From a virus: a stretch of 64,000 bases of DNA. The first letter of the stretch is position 1; each line of letters opens with the position of its first letter. Positions 1 to 8,721 of the stretch are shown here, piece by piece. The DNA lies in the IMG/VR virus record IMGVR_UViG_3300045988_081377, positions 403 to 64,402 of that record. The stretch is one strand, 5' to 3'. Made by a program: the position numbers and the translations under genes. Under the pieces are notes generated by a model that did not search any database, was not told where the DNA came from, and was given only the letters and a program-made list of their open reading frames with translations.

Positions 1-2
1 AA

Positions 3-2954
3 GGTACCTTCAAGAATATCATGACCAATCAGAGTGCAGGTGATGATAAGTATAACAAGATAGTTAATATCGGCGGTATCCAAGTAGAAGTCAGAGGTGA
101 AGATGAACAGCGTTCAGCTGAACTCCTTATCAAGGGAAACAATGCCATTGCCCCCGAAGACCCAAGAGTGGTACGGGCATGGCTTAGGCTTATGCACTTG
201 AGACAGGACGCTTATCAGGCGGAAATGGACAGAGAAAAAGAGAATACGGATACGATTAACTTTACCCATACAGGGTACATAGAAGCATCTATGCCTCATA
301 TCTTCGGTCATTACACCTTGACACGTTCGCAGTTTATCCCTACCGAAAAAGGACAGGACATAGCAGCATGGAAGAAAAAGAATAACTACGGTGATGAAGT
401 AGTGGATGATGTTGTCAACGGTGTACATGGTATTTGGGTAACATATGGTATTGGTTCGTTCAACAGTATGGCTGAACGTGACAGATACATAGCAGAACAC
501 CCGCTTGTTAATGCAAGACTGTACAGTAAGTTCCGCTCCTACAAAAAGGGAGACAGATGTTCCTTAACTGACGGTACTATCTGGCAGGCGGTGAAAGATA
601 CCAAGGGAACTGCACCTAATATGTCAGATGCATGGAAGAGGGACACTCTTGCGGAGACTACGAGACAGACACAGCACTATAACTTAGACGTACTGGATAC
701 CAATACGGCTATGACTTCTGATTACAACTTCTATGGTGTGGATAACAATGAGACCATTACCACAGAACAGGAGATAGAAGCTGCTAAGGCAGACCCGACG
801 TATAAAGCTGTGCAGAACCTTTCCGCTTTTATCAAAAATGCGTATGTACACCCTGATGATAAATCTAACTTAGTTGAGTATAGCCTCAAGAGAATTGTCA
901 ATCAGCTGGAGATGGCAGACAGGACACATCATATCATCACCAACGTGGATGGTACCGAACAGCCGTACATTGCTCCGCATCTTGGAAGAGAATATACGGC
1001 ACAGGAAATTCATTCAATGGCAGCGTTGGTCAGAAGATTGAGAGGCAAGAACATTCCTACCAATACCTACGCCGACCTTGCAAACCGCATAGACAAAGCA
1101 GGAGCGCAGATGATTGCTTCCCGATTTGCAAGACACAGAATGAGCAACAATCATACCAACATGCTTGATATGATTGACGCTATGGATGAATACCTTAACA
1201 GCATCTCTAACTACTGGGCATTAACTCCGGCAGTCAAGGCTATGTCTTCTGCACTGTTCAGAGTAACAGGAAGAGAGTATGACCAGAACGTAAGAGACAA
1301 GGGTACCACCGTGTACAACCTGATGTGTGATTACATTGATAACATCAAAGGGAGACCGAGAGCTATCGACGCTTTCACAAGAAAGTTATCCGCTATGATA
1401 GCAAGAGAGATGAGGAAGCTCCCCATCTTGAGTAACCTCTTTGGTGATTACTGGTTGCCGGAAGCTATCGAAGGTGCCGTACAGTTACAGGTACCGTTAA
1501 AGCTTGGTATGTATAGTGTAGCATCAGGACTGGCACAGGTGTCACAGCTATTCAACGTGGCTACAATTGCAGGTATGCCTAACTTTGTCAAAGCCCTTAA
1601 GGTGACTGACAGTATCTGGAAAGATATGTTGGTCAGCAAGAACGATAAAGGTAAGCTAACCTTTGCCGGCGGAGACTTCAAGATAGGTAAGTTTGACCCT
1701 ATCGTACAGGAAGTCATTAAGAATCTTGGATTAACCAACCAGTCTACATCAAGATTAAGAATGAACGCCGGAGATTTCAGCGCAAGGCATAACGTCTTAG
1801 ATGTACTCCCGCCGGTGCTTAAACACAACGTGGAGAAGTCAATGATATTCTTCCGTATGGGTGACGTCGGCTGTCGTGTGGTAGGTGCGCAGGCTGGGGT
1901 ATACAAGATGGAGCAGGATAAAGAGTTCCAGAATTTCTTGAAGACAATCAAGGATGAAGATGAGCGTAAACAGATGATGGTTGATTATGTAGAGGACTTT
2001 GTCAACATGACAAACTTCAACTTCAACCGTACCACAGACCCGCTCGCTTTGGCTAAGCTTGGTCGTATTGGACATGCTATCACACAGTTCAGTAAGTTTG
2101 GACTGGCAACGAAAGACTTCCTTGTCTACTCCTGCCAGAACCATAAACAAAGAGCTAAGCTCCTTGGATACATGGCACTCTTCTCCGGACTGACACAAGC
2201 TATCCCTGCGTTCTCTTTCTTCTCCGGTATGATGGCACTCTTTGGCGTGGGAGACCCAGAGGAATGGGTAAAGAAGAGATTGATGGAAGCAGCAGGCAGA
2301 GGCGAGATACCTAAGCAGGTGGCAGAAGCTGCCGGTTATGGCATACTGGCACCACTACTTGGTGTTGATATCAGTAAGAAGATTGGTTACGCTGATATGT
2401 TCCGTGACCCATCAGATAAGCACAGTATCTTTGGACCGGCGGTAGGTTCAGCTATTGACTTGGCTGCTGCCATGCAGGCTACAAAGGATTGGATAATGAC
2501 AGACCAGCTTACTTGGGATGAAGCTACATTCGCTTGGCTCAAGCAGGCTCCGCAGTGGGCTAACTGGTTCCAAGCAGCCATGGGTACACACTATCGGTAC
2601 AGTAAGTTCTCCAACAAGGATGAATACCAGAGTATGAGGGCGGATGAAAGATTTAAGAAGAGCATAGGGTTTGCCGACTTGAAGTACAGAGAAGAGTCTG
2701 ACGTAAGCCGTTACCTCTACTCCAACAATCAGGAGTTCAGTGATGCCGTTAAGAAAGCACAAGTGGCTTACATTAACAACCCATCACCTGAAAATCTTGC
2801 CGAGTTGCAGAGGGTAGGTAAAGACCCCAACAAGATTAAGACAGAAAGGTTTGACCTGAGTGAACAGGCGAAGAAAGTAACAAAGAGTAAGAGTGAAGCT
2901 GGAGCAAAGGTGAGAGAAAGTACAGAGAACCTGCTTAAGTTCGCCGGTTATTAA
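3..2954 (+). CDS. C-terminal ~980 aa of a very large virion-associated (ejection/polyvalent-type) protein; 5' end lies outside the window
   Basis: The frame is open from nt 3 (no stop before the first ATG at 21) to TAA at 2952-2954. It has hydrophobic/Gly-rich segments such as 'LLGYMALFSGLTQAIPAFSFFSGMMALFG'. It is the last gene of the + strand structural block and is followed by a strong terminator. No catalytic motif recognised. Confidence 0.6.
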   Translation, partial: GTFKNIMTNQSAGDDKYNKIVNIGGIQVEVRGEDEQRSAELLIKGNNAIAPEDPRVVRAWLRLMHLRQDAYQAEMDREKENTDTINFTHTGYIEASMPHIFGHYTLTRSQFIPTEKGQDIAAWKKKNNYGDEVVDDVVNGVHGIWVTYGIGSFNSMAERDRYIAEHPLVNARLYSKFRSYKKGDRCSLTDGTIWQAVKDTKGTAPNMSDAWKRDTLAETTRQTQHYNLDVLDTNTAMTSDYNFYGVDNNETITTEQEIEAAKADPTYKAVQNLSAFIKNAYVHPDDKSNLVEYSLKRIVNQLEMADRTHHIITNVDGTEQPYIAPHLGREYTAQEIHSMAALVRRLRGKNIPTNTYADLANRIDKAGAQMIASRFARHRMSNNHTNMLDMIDAMDEYLNSISNYWALTPAVKAMSSALFRVTGREYDQNVRDKGTTVYNLMCDYIDNIKGRPRAIDAFTRKLSAMIAREMRKLPILSNLFGDYWLPEAIEGAVQLQVPLKLGMYSVASGLAQVSQLFNVATIAGMPNFVKALKVTDSIWKDMLVSKNDKGKLTFAGGDFKIGKFDPIVQEVIKNLGLTNQSTSRLRMNAGDFSARHNVLDVLPPVLKHNVEKSMIFFRMGDVGCRVVGAQAGVYKMEQDKEFQNFLKTIKDEDERKQMMVDYVEDFVNMTNFNFNRTTDPLALAKLGRIGHAITQFSKFGLATKDFLVYSCQNHKQRAKLLGYMALFSGLTQAIPAFSFFSGMMALFGVGDPEEWVKKRLMEAAGRGEIPKQVAEAAGYGILAPLLGVDISKKIGYADMFRDPSDKHSIFGPAVGSAIDLAAAMQATKDWIMTDQLTWDEATFAWLKQAPQWANWFQAAMGTHYRYSKFSNKDEYQSMRADERFKKSIGFADLKYREESDVSRYLYSNNQEFSDAVKKAQVAYINNPSPENLAELQRVGKDPNKIKTERFDLSEQAKKVTKSKSEAGAKVRESTENLLKFAGY

Positions 2955-2986
2955 CTGTATTGTATCATACTTTTGTCCCATTGTCA

Positions 2987-3015
2987 AGAGGGTGTTAATT
3001 CACCCTCTTTTTTTA
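2987..3015 (+). terminator. Rho-independent terminator after the large ORF
   Basis: 8-bp stem 'agagggtg'/'caccctct' (2987-2994 / 3001-3008), loop 'ttaatt', then a T6 run. Confidence 0.8.
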
Positions 3016-3346
3016 TTTGGCTAATTTTGCGATTTAAGGGGGGTCAAATTGTCCGAAGGTAATCTTACCTTAGGGAAGAACGCGAGGCCCCTTCCTGACC
3101 AAAATAGACCCCTTTTTGACGATTTTAGAGTTAGTGGTTAGGTGCACTTTGCAGCTGGAAGAAAACCAAAGAGAGAAATCAGGGAAGAGAAGACACTCCT
3201 TACGCGCGTGAGAGAAAGCTGACGCAGCGCGCCCGCGCGTCTCTTAACATTACGCTTCTCCTGTGGGAGAAGCTATACCCCTTACGGGGATAAATAAAAA
3301 ACGTTTTTAAATCAGGGGGACAAAGTCCCCTAAAAACAAAACAAAA

Positions 3347-3638
3347 GAATACCGTTGTACTCAAACGGTATTCAATACTGAAAGTAGGGAGACAGTCCCG
3401 ATTAACTGTCTCCCGTACTTGTAGTTAATCACAAAGAATAAAGTAGGTAGACTGCCCCCTTTAGCAGTCTACCGTACTTCTGTTTAATCAGTAGAAAGAA
3501 CAGGAAGACATCCCATTAGATGTCTTCCCTGATTATTGTTTTTTGTGATTATTATATAAGCACTTACGGAAGACTACTATTTATGGTAGTCTTCCTAAGT
3601 GCTGTAATAAGGGACTTAGTCTGTGAAGACTAAGTCCC
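3347..3638 (+). repeat. Array of six consecutive stem-loops; four share a GGNAGAC...GTCTNCC stem
   Basis: Hairpins at 3347-3373, 3382-3420, 3441-3479, 3501-3531, 3560-3602 and 3611-3638, with 10-18 bp stems. The second and third share 'AAGTAGG..CCGTACTT' flanks and similar 'GTTAATCA..AAAGAA' spacers. Confidence 0.75.
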
Positions 3639-3649
3639 GTTACATACAG

Positions 3650-3797
3650 TTTCTTTTTCTTTGTTTTCTTTTGTTCTTTTTTCTCTCTCTTTATTTTTAT
3701 TTCTTTTCTTTCTTTTCTTTGCTTCTTTCTTTTCTTTCTTTTCTTTCTTTTTCTTTCTCTCTCTTTTTTCTTGTTTTCTTTGGTTTCTTTTTCTTTC
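3650..3797. repeat. ~148-nt polypyrimidine (T/C) tract, degenerate (TTTC)n; polypurine on the other strand
   Basis: Direct reading gives almost only T and C from 3650 to 3797, with a few G/A interruptions. It lies immediately upstream of the tandem promoters. Confidence 0.9.
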
Positions 3798-3809
3798 AAA
3801 ACTGAGGGC

Positions 3810-3838
3810 TTGACAAACCGATTTTGAAATGGTAGAAT
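3810..3838 (+). promoter_or_regulatory. sigma70/sigmaA-type promoter (TTGACA-17-TAGAAT, extended -10 TGg)
   Basis: TTGACA at 3810-3815, a 17-nt spacer, and 'tgGTAGAAT' with TAGAAT at 3833-3838. Confidence 0.65.
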
Positions 3839-3912
3839 TGAACCAGCCAAAAGGTCGGCGGTTGGATTTCAAAGGTCCTCAATTTCTAATCAAACTTTAA
3901 TGAAGAAAGGAC

Positions 3913-3941
3913 TTGACAAAGGAATTTGACTGTGGTAGAAT
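3913..3941 (+). promoter_or_regulatory. Second sigma70/sigmaA-type promoter (TTGACA-17-TAGAAT, extended -10)
   Basis: TTGACA at 3913-3918, a 17-nt spacer, TAGAAT at 3936-3941 preceded by TGg. It sits ~30 nt upstream of the first gene of the + block. Confidence 0.7.
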
Positions 3942-3971
3942 GGTTACAGTTGAAAGAAAGGTGGTGAAACC

Positions 3972-4424
3972 ATGCTTACAAACGATTTGTACAATATTGG
4001 CTTTAGCTGCTATATTAAGAAATCAGACGTACTGGGGATTTACAGTCCCGTAGGAACAATTAAGAAGCTCGCGAGTAAGACATATGCGCCTTCTCCTACC
4101 TACGTTGCGAATAATCTTAATGGCAGGAAATGCCAGTGCTACATTGAGACACCGTTCCACCTGTACCTTTGTGCATACCCTGTCGATATCATGAAAGAGG
4201 TCTTCGAGAAGGGGAACTTGAAAGGGTTTGAAGCAATCCGCCCTGAGATTGAGGGTGAAGAATTGCTTAAACAGTATCAAGAAGGCAGAAAGAACACGTG
4301 GCAAGGCATCTTGGCTAAGGAAAATAGGGAAGCTATTGAACGAGCTAAGAAAGCTTGGGCAGCTAAGATTGTCCAGAACACTAAGGCGTCTGCGATGGAA
4401 GCAGAGGAAAAGAAAGATAAGTAA
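3972..4424 (+). CDS. Hypothetical protein; N-terminal half resembles RemA/DUF370-type DNA-binding proteins
   Basis: An RBS 'AAAGGTGG' lies ~8 nt upstream. The N-terminus 'YNIGFSCYIKKSDVLGIYSPVGTIKKL..NGRKCQCYIETPFHLYLCAYPVD' parallels the RemA pattern 'INIGFGN.V....I.AIVSP.SAPIKR..GRRTRAVI.TDS.HV.LSA'. The C-terminal half is Lys/Glu-rich. Confidence 0.4.
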   Translation: MLTNDLYNIGFSCYIKKSDVLGIYSPVGTIKKLASKTYAPSPTYVANNLNGRKCQCYIETPFHLYLCAYPVDIMKEVFEKGNLKGFEAIRPEIEGEELLKQYQEGRKNTWQGILAKENREAIERAKKAWAAKIVQNTKASAMEAEEKKDK

Positions 4425-4446
4425 TTGTTTTTGTGATAGAAAGAGG

Positions 4447-4773
4447 ATGAGAATGATTAGGAAGATTATTGGTTTATTGGGCTTGACGTTTACGCTTGGT
4501 TATGGTACAATTAACGCGGAATGGTTAAGTGTTGAATGTTCTGCCTACACCCCTCACGAAAGCGATACTATTACCGCTACCGGTGAATACGTTCATGTTG
4601 GTGGTGTGGCATGTAACTTCTTGCCGTTCGGTACTGTTGTTCACATTGACGGATGTCGGTATGTAGTTAATGACCGCTGTGGTATTGATGACTGTATAGA
4701 CATCTTTATGAATGACCACAATCAGGCTATTGAATTTGGCAGACAGATTAAACATGTCTACATTGAAAGATGA
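4447..4773 (+). CDS. Secreted 3D-domain (RlpA/MltA-like double-psi beta-barrel) protein
   Basis: Signal-like 'MRMIRKIIGLLGLTFTLGYG', then 'ECSAYTPHESDTITATGEYVHVGGVACNFLPFGTVVHIDG..YVVNDRCG..DCIDIF' (3D-domain pattern 'CTAYT..TASG..VAVD...PFGT....G..Y.V.DTG..I.G..IDI'). The start is at 4447 or 4453. The upstream part of track ORF 4228.. overlaps the previous gene and is rejected. Confidence 0.6.
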   Translation: MRMIRKIIGLLGLTFTLGYGTINAEWLSVECSAYTPHESDTITATGEYVHVGGVACNFLPFGTVVHIDGCRYVVNDRCGIDDCIDIFMNDHNQAIEFGRQIKHVYIER

Positions 4774-4782
4774 GGTGACAAT

Positions 4783-5016
4783 ATGTTTACTTATGATTTA
4801 CCGCCATATGCACAGTATTTCAGTACAATTTTCTCGACACCCATTGAAGAAAGTGTTGCATTGATTAATCGTGAAAGATGGTCAGCGCTGCAAGAACCTA
4901 AGGTAGGGAAAAACAAATATGAGTACATTGCTAAGGCAATAGTGGACGCCTATCATGAGTCTGTTGTTTTAGACAGAGGCATCGAGGAAAGGGAAAATGA
5001 ACACCACGACAAGTAA
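4783..5016 (+). CDS. Hypothetical protein
   Basis: ORF with an upstream 'GAGGTGA' RBS, placed in the gene string with no antisense competitor. Confidence 0.5.
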   Translation: MFTYDLPPYAQYFSTIFSTPIEESVALINRERWSALQEPKVGKNKYEYIAKAIVDAYHESVVLDRGIEERENEHHDK

Positions 5017-5242
5017 AAGCAAGTACACTGTACAATGGGTAACGAGCGGCGAAGAAAAGACACATGGGACATTCGACACGTTTGAAGAAGCTATGCAGTC
5101 TATCTTTGATTGGTGGAAGAAACACGATTATAAACCGCCGTACATCAGACAGTGGAAAAGCATGCGTGATGACAAGGAGATAACTCACATCGACTATGGG
5201 TTACACTCGGCATTTTATCAGATAGTTAAGGAAAGGGATTAG
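4997..5242 (+). CDS. Hypothetical protein
   Basis: ORF overlapping the previous stop by 20 nt, with 'GGAAAGGGAAA' upstream. No recognised motif. Confidence 0.5.
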   Translation: MNTTTSKSKYTVQWVTSGEEKTHGTFDTFEEAMQSIFDWWKKHDYKPPYIRQWKSMRDDKEITHIDYGLHSAFYQIVKERD

Positions 5243-5246
5243 TACA

Positions 5247-8135
5247 ATGTTTACAAACCTGCATCAGCATAGTATGTACTCGGTTGGCGATGGTTACGCT
5301 ACCATAGATGAGCTTGTCAATACAGCTAAACAATTAAATTACAGAGCGGTAGCTTTAACTGACCATGGTACAACTACTGGATTATTCCCGATGTATGAGG
5401 TTTGTAAGCAGAATGGTATGAGACCAATCCTTGGCATGGAAGGATACTTCTGTGAAGAGCCAGATATAAAGGACGGCACTACGCAGCATATACTTCTGAT
5501 TGCTAAGAACTATGACGGATTGAAAAACCTGTACAGGCTTAGTACCTACGGTGCCCATCACTTCTACAAGAAACCACGAATTGGTCTTGAAGCTTTAAGG
5601 GAATACCGTGATGGGATAATAGTTACCACAGCTTGTATAGGCGGTGTGTTTAATCAGGAAGCGGGTGAGACGCTATGCCTATCTTTGCATGATATATTTC
5701 AACAAGATTTTTTTATGGAGATACAGCCACATGATTTTGACAGACAAAGAGACTACAACAGAAAAGTTATTTCGTTCGCTGATAAACATTCTATTCCTGT
5801 TATTGTTACCTGCGATAGTCACTACGCTATACCTGATGATATCAAATATCACAGGGCGTGGGTGAGTATCAGGGGAACAGAGGAAGCCTACGCAAGTAAC
5901 GACTTTTACATGATGGGTGAATTTGAGATAATACAGAGGTTGACAAAAGACGGTTTGAGTCCTGATAAAATACGGGAGTATGTGCAGAACACGAATAGTA
6001 TAGTTGACCGTTGTGATGTTGAAATCCCCATCGGTAAAGATAACTACCCAAAGTATGGAGCAGAAAATCCGGAAAGGTTAATTCGTGATTGGTGTAATGA
6101 GGGTTGGAAACAACATGGCTTATCTAAAGCTGCCAACCGTCGTACTTACATTGACCGTGTCAATCGTGAATTACCTATCCTGAAACAATGTGATTACCTG
6201 AATTACCTTTGTATTATCAAGGACATAATCACATACTGCAAAGAGAATGACATTCTCACAGGCTTGGGCAGAGGCAGTGTGGGCGGATGTCTTACTGCTT
6301 ACTTATCCGGTATTACCAGCGTTGACTCAATCAGATGGGGTACAATCTTTGAAAGGTTCTGTAACCCTGAACGTGTAACACCTTGTGATATAGACGTTGA
6401 CTTTGAGTCCGTCTATCGTGATGATGTTATCGAGTACATATCACAAATGTATGGCGAGGTGTATCACGTTAGAACAATGAACTTCATGCAGGAGAAAGCT
6501 GCAATCAAAAGGGCAGGGCAGGCACTTGGTATTCCGCCTGCTGCTGTCAACAAAATATCTACTAACTTTCACGACTGGGAAGGAGTTACAGATGAGGCTC
6601 TCAGAGATGTTGCTCGGCACTTCGTTGGACGTATTCAGTCTTATGGTTCTCATGCATCCGCCATCATGGTCTTTCCGAAAGAGGCTACTAACTGGTGTGC
6701 GGTAGAAAGACAGGGAGACATCTTTGTCTGTGCTACTGATTACCATGACCTTGAAAAGCAAGGCTGCTTAAAGCTCGACCTGCTTGGATTGACACAGTTA
6801 AGCATTGTACATTACATGGCTGATTTGATGGGGAAAGATGTTTCGGAGCTTTGGAATGATATCCCCTTGACAGATAAGCTGACTTGTGATATGCTTAATG
6901 CAGGTAAGACTGACGGCTGTTTCCAGATAGAGTCCGCCACTATGAAAGGGTTTACTAAATCAATACATGTGGCAAGTGCTGATGATATGAGTATCGTTGT
7001 AGCGCTGTGTCGCCCCGGACCTTTGGATAGTGGTATGGCGGCTGAATATCTGGAGAATAGAAAGTCAGGACACGTACCTAAAGTGTATGAGCCTATGGAC
7101 AAGGTACTCCATGAAACCAATGGCGTCATTCTTTATCAGGAACAAGTCATGCAGTTAGCCAGAGTGTTATGCGGATATACACTTGGTGAAGCAGACATCT
7201 TGAGAAAGATAATCGGCAGAAAGATTGTCGATGAAATGAAGCCGGCAATGGAAGCCTTTGTCAAACGTGGTATTGAATATGGTACGCCGAAAGAAATTAT
7301 AGAACCGTTAGCAGAAGCTATCAGTAAGTCGGCAAACTACCTATTTAATAAGTCGCACTCCGTTGCCTACGGGCTCACGGCTTGGAGAACAGCCTACCTC
7401 AAAGCGCACTACACACCGTACTACTTCGCTGCCCTACTCGCCTTTAACAAGTACGATAAGGCAAAGTTTAGTAAGTACATCTCTTGCGCACAGCAGATGG
7501 GTATTGAGGTAGTTGTTCCTAAACTGAATAAGTATACCAATATTAACATGATAGGTGACACTACTGTTGATAAGGGTACCATTATTCTGGGATTGGATAC
7601 ACTTAAAAATGTGGGCATCAGTGCGCATCTTCTCACACTTGGTCACGATGGTAAGCAATTTTTAGAGGATAACGCAAACGCGAATAAGCGTATACTTGAA
7701 AGTATTGTGAAAGCGGGAGCACTGTCCGGTAATAGGAATGAGTTGTTACAGTATGTTGCTTGGCTAAAAGACAAGCACGTACACAAGCCACCGTTTGAAT
7801 ACAACCCGATAAACGATATTGCGGTTAGCAAAATGGAATTAGATAGTATCGGAGTTACATTTAATAACGTGGCTGATGAGTACGACACATCTGTTTGTGA
7901 CGGCACCACAACCCTTCTTGTAACTGTAACAAAAAAGAAAGCTCATAAAACAAAGACCGGTAAACCTATGCACTTCGTCACAGGAGATATTAACGGAGTT
8001 GTAAAGGAGTTAGTTATCTTTGACAATAAAGGGACAGACCTGCAAACCAACGTGACCTATGTGATGAGGATTAGTGGTACTGTTATACAAGAGTTTATGG
8101 AAGCAAAGAGAAAGGAGAATAACCATGGGTTATAA
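5247..8135 (+). CDS. dnaE: DNA polymerase III alpha subunit (DnaE-type, N-terminal PHP domain)
   Basis: PHP motifs 'HQHSMYSVGDG' and 'LTDHGT'. Palm-region signature 'GLGRGSVGGCLTAYLSGIT...FERFCNPERVTPCDIDVDFE' (cf. 'GPGRGSAAGSLVAY.LGIT..FERFLNPER.SMPD.DIDF'). Confidence 0.9.
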   Translation: MFTNLHQHSMYSVGDGYATIDELVNTAKQLNYRAVALTDHGTTTGLFPMYEVCKQNGMRPILGMEGYFCEEPDIKDGTTQHILLIAKNYDGLKNLYRLSTYGAHHFYKKPRIGLEALREYRDGIIVTTACIGGVFNQEAGETLCLSLHDIFQQDFFMEIQPHDFDRQRDYNRKVISFADKHSIPVIVTCDSHYAIPDDIKYHRAWVSIRGTEEAYASNDFYMMGEFEIIQRLTKDGLSPDKIREYVQNTNSIVDRCDVEIPIGKDNYPKYGAENPERLIRDWCNEGWKQHGLSKAANRRTYIDRVNRELPILKQCDYLNYLCIIKDIITYCKENDILTGLGRGSVGGCLTAYLSGITSVDSIRWGTIFERFCNPERVTPCDIDVDFESVYRDDVIEYISQMYGEVYHVRTMNFMQEKAAIKRAGQALGIPPAAVNKISTNFHDWEGVTDEALRDVARHFVGRIQSYGSHASAIMVFPKEATNWCAVERQGDIFVCATDYHDLEKQGCLKLDLLGLTQLSIVHYMADLMGKDVSELWNDIPLTDKLTCDMLNAGKTDGCFQIESATMKGFTKSIHVASADDMSIVVALCRPGPLDSGMAAEYLENRKSGHVPKVYEPMDKVLHETNGVILYQEQVMQLARVLCGYTLGEADILRKIIGRKIVDEMKPAMEAFVKRGIEYGTPKEIIEPLAEAISKSANYLFNKSHSVAYGLTAWRTAYLKAHYTPYYFAALLAFNKYDKAKFSKYISCAQQMGIEVVVPKLNKYTNINMIGDTTVDKGTIILGLDTLKNVGISAHLLTLGHDGKQFLEDNANANKRILESIVKAGALSGNRNELLQYVAWLKDKHVHKPPFEYNPINDIAVSKMELDSIGVTFNNVADEYDTSVCDGTTTLLVTVTKKKAHKTKTGKPMHFVTGDINGVVKELVIFDNKGTDLQTNVTYVMRISGTVIQEFMEAKRKENNHGL

Positions 8136-8298
8136 AGAGCAAGCCATTTACGGGATAATGATATTTATAGTCGGGCTTATGATTAAGGTTCACGCATCCG
8201 ATGTATTTGGCTCAATGTTTGCAACGGTAGGGGCGTTCCTCGCTGGCTATGGCGCAGTTGGCGCAATCATGGAAATGTCTCAGAAATTCAAGAGGTGA
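8125..8298 (+). CDS. Small membrane protein
   Basis: ATG at 8125 after 'AAGGAGAA'. Two hydrophobic segments ('IYGIMIFIVGLMI', 'FATVGAFLAGYGAVGAI'). Confidence 0.5.
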   Translation: MGYKEQAIYGIMIFIVGLMIKVHASDVFGSMFATVGAFLAGYGAVGAIMEMSQKFKR

Positions 8299-8304
8299 TG
8301 ACAG

Positions 8305-8721
8305 ATGTTCTATGTCTTATCTGAAACCTATTACAGTGACATGTTCGACAGTAGTGTAAGTAGTGTTGTTATGATTAGTAAAGATTATGAACACGTACTT
8401 GCTGTCAAGGATGAACTGGAACAGGCTGAAAAAGAAAGGCACGCCGAGTATGTTAAGTTAATACACAAATGGGAAGATGTCTGTAACAAATGGGAAGACC
8501 ATCTGCGTAAGACAAAAGAAGACCCATGGGAATACGACGACAAAGAAGAGAAAGAGTTCTTTGAAAAGTTCGGGTTAGACTACATGGATAATCCAAATTA
8601 TCTCGATGTTGAGTTTACCTATGAGGTAGAAGTGTGTGACGATGGTACGTCCGATGGCGAATTTATTTCAAAAGAAGTGAGGAAAATTATCAATGAACGA
8701 CATGACAAAGCAGTTAAATGA
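8305..8721 (+). CDS. Hypothetical acidic protein
   Basis: 138-aa Glu/Asp-rich ORF in the operon. No motif recognised. Confidence 0.5.
   Translation: MFYVLSETYYSDMFDSSVSSVVMISKDYEHVLAVKDELEQAEKERHAEYVKLIHKWEDVCNKWEDHLRKTKEDPWEYDDKEEKEFFEKFGLDYMDNPNYLDVEFTYEVEVCDDGTSDGEFISKEVRKIINERHDKAVK

Noticed and set aside
3115-3150. 'TTGACGATTTTAGAGTTAGTGGTTAGGTG' as a standard sigma70 promoter
   Set aside because: The -35 is good, but the best -10 at 17 nt is 'TAGGTG'. It is treated instead as one copy of the TAGA..TTGACGAT motif family.
3347-3638. Hairpin array as a CRISPR array
   Set aside because: There are no identical direct repeats separated by unique spacers. Each unit is a different palindrome sharing only a short stem motif, and no cas genes are present.
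3581-3872. Three track ORFs (3581..3850 -, 3623..3805 +, 3630..3872 -) encoding poly-Lys/Glu/Arg or Phe/Leu/Ser strings
   Set aside because: They are simply translations of the polypyrimidine/polypurine tract. They have no RBS, extreme low complexity, and they overlap the hairpin array and the promoters.
2955-3971. tRNA or tmRNA genes in the three large non-coding regions (also 29577-30893 and 32233-34353)
   Set aside because: I found no GTTCRANYC T-loop with matching acceptor and anticodon stems by eye. This is a weak negative, and tRNAscan/ARAGORN should be run.
4228-4446. N-terminal 73 aa of track ORF 4228..4773
   Set aside because: It overlaps the 3' half of 3972..4424 in another frame and is Arg/Lys-rich nonsense. 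A signal peptide and the 3D domain begin at the internal ATG 4447/4453, which has its own RBS.
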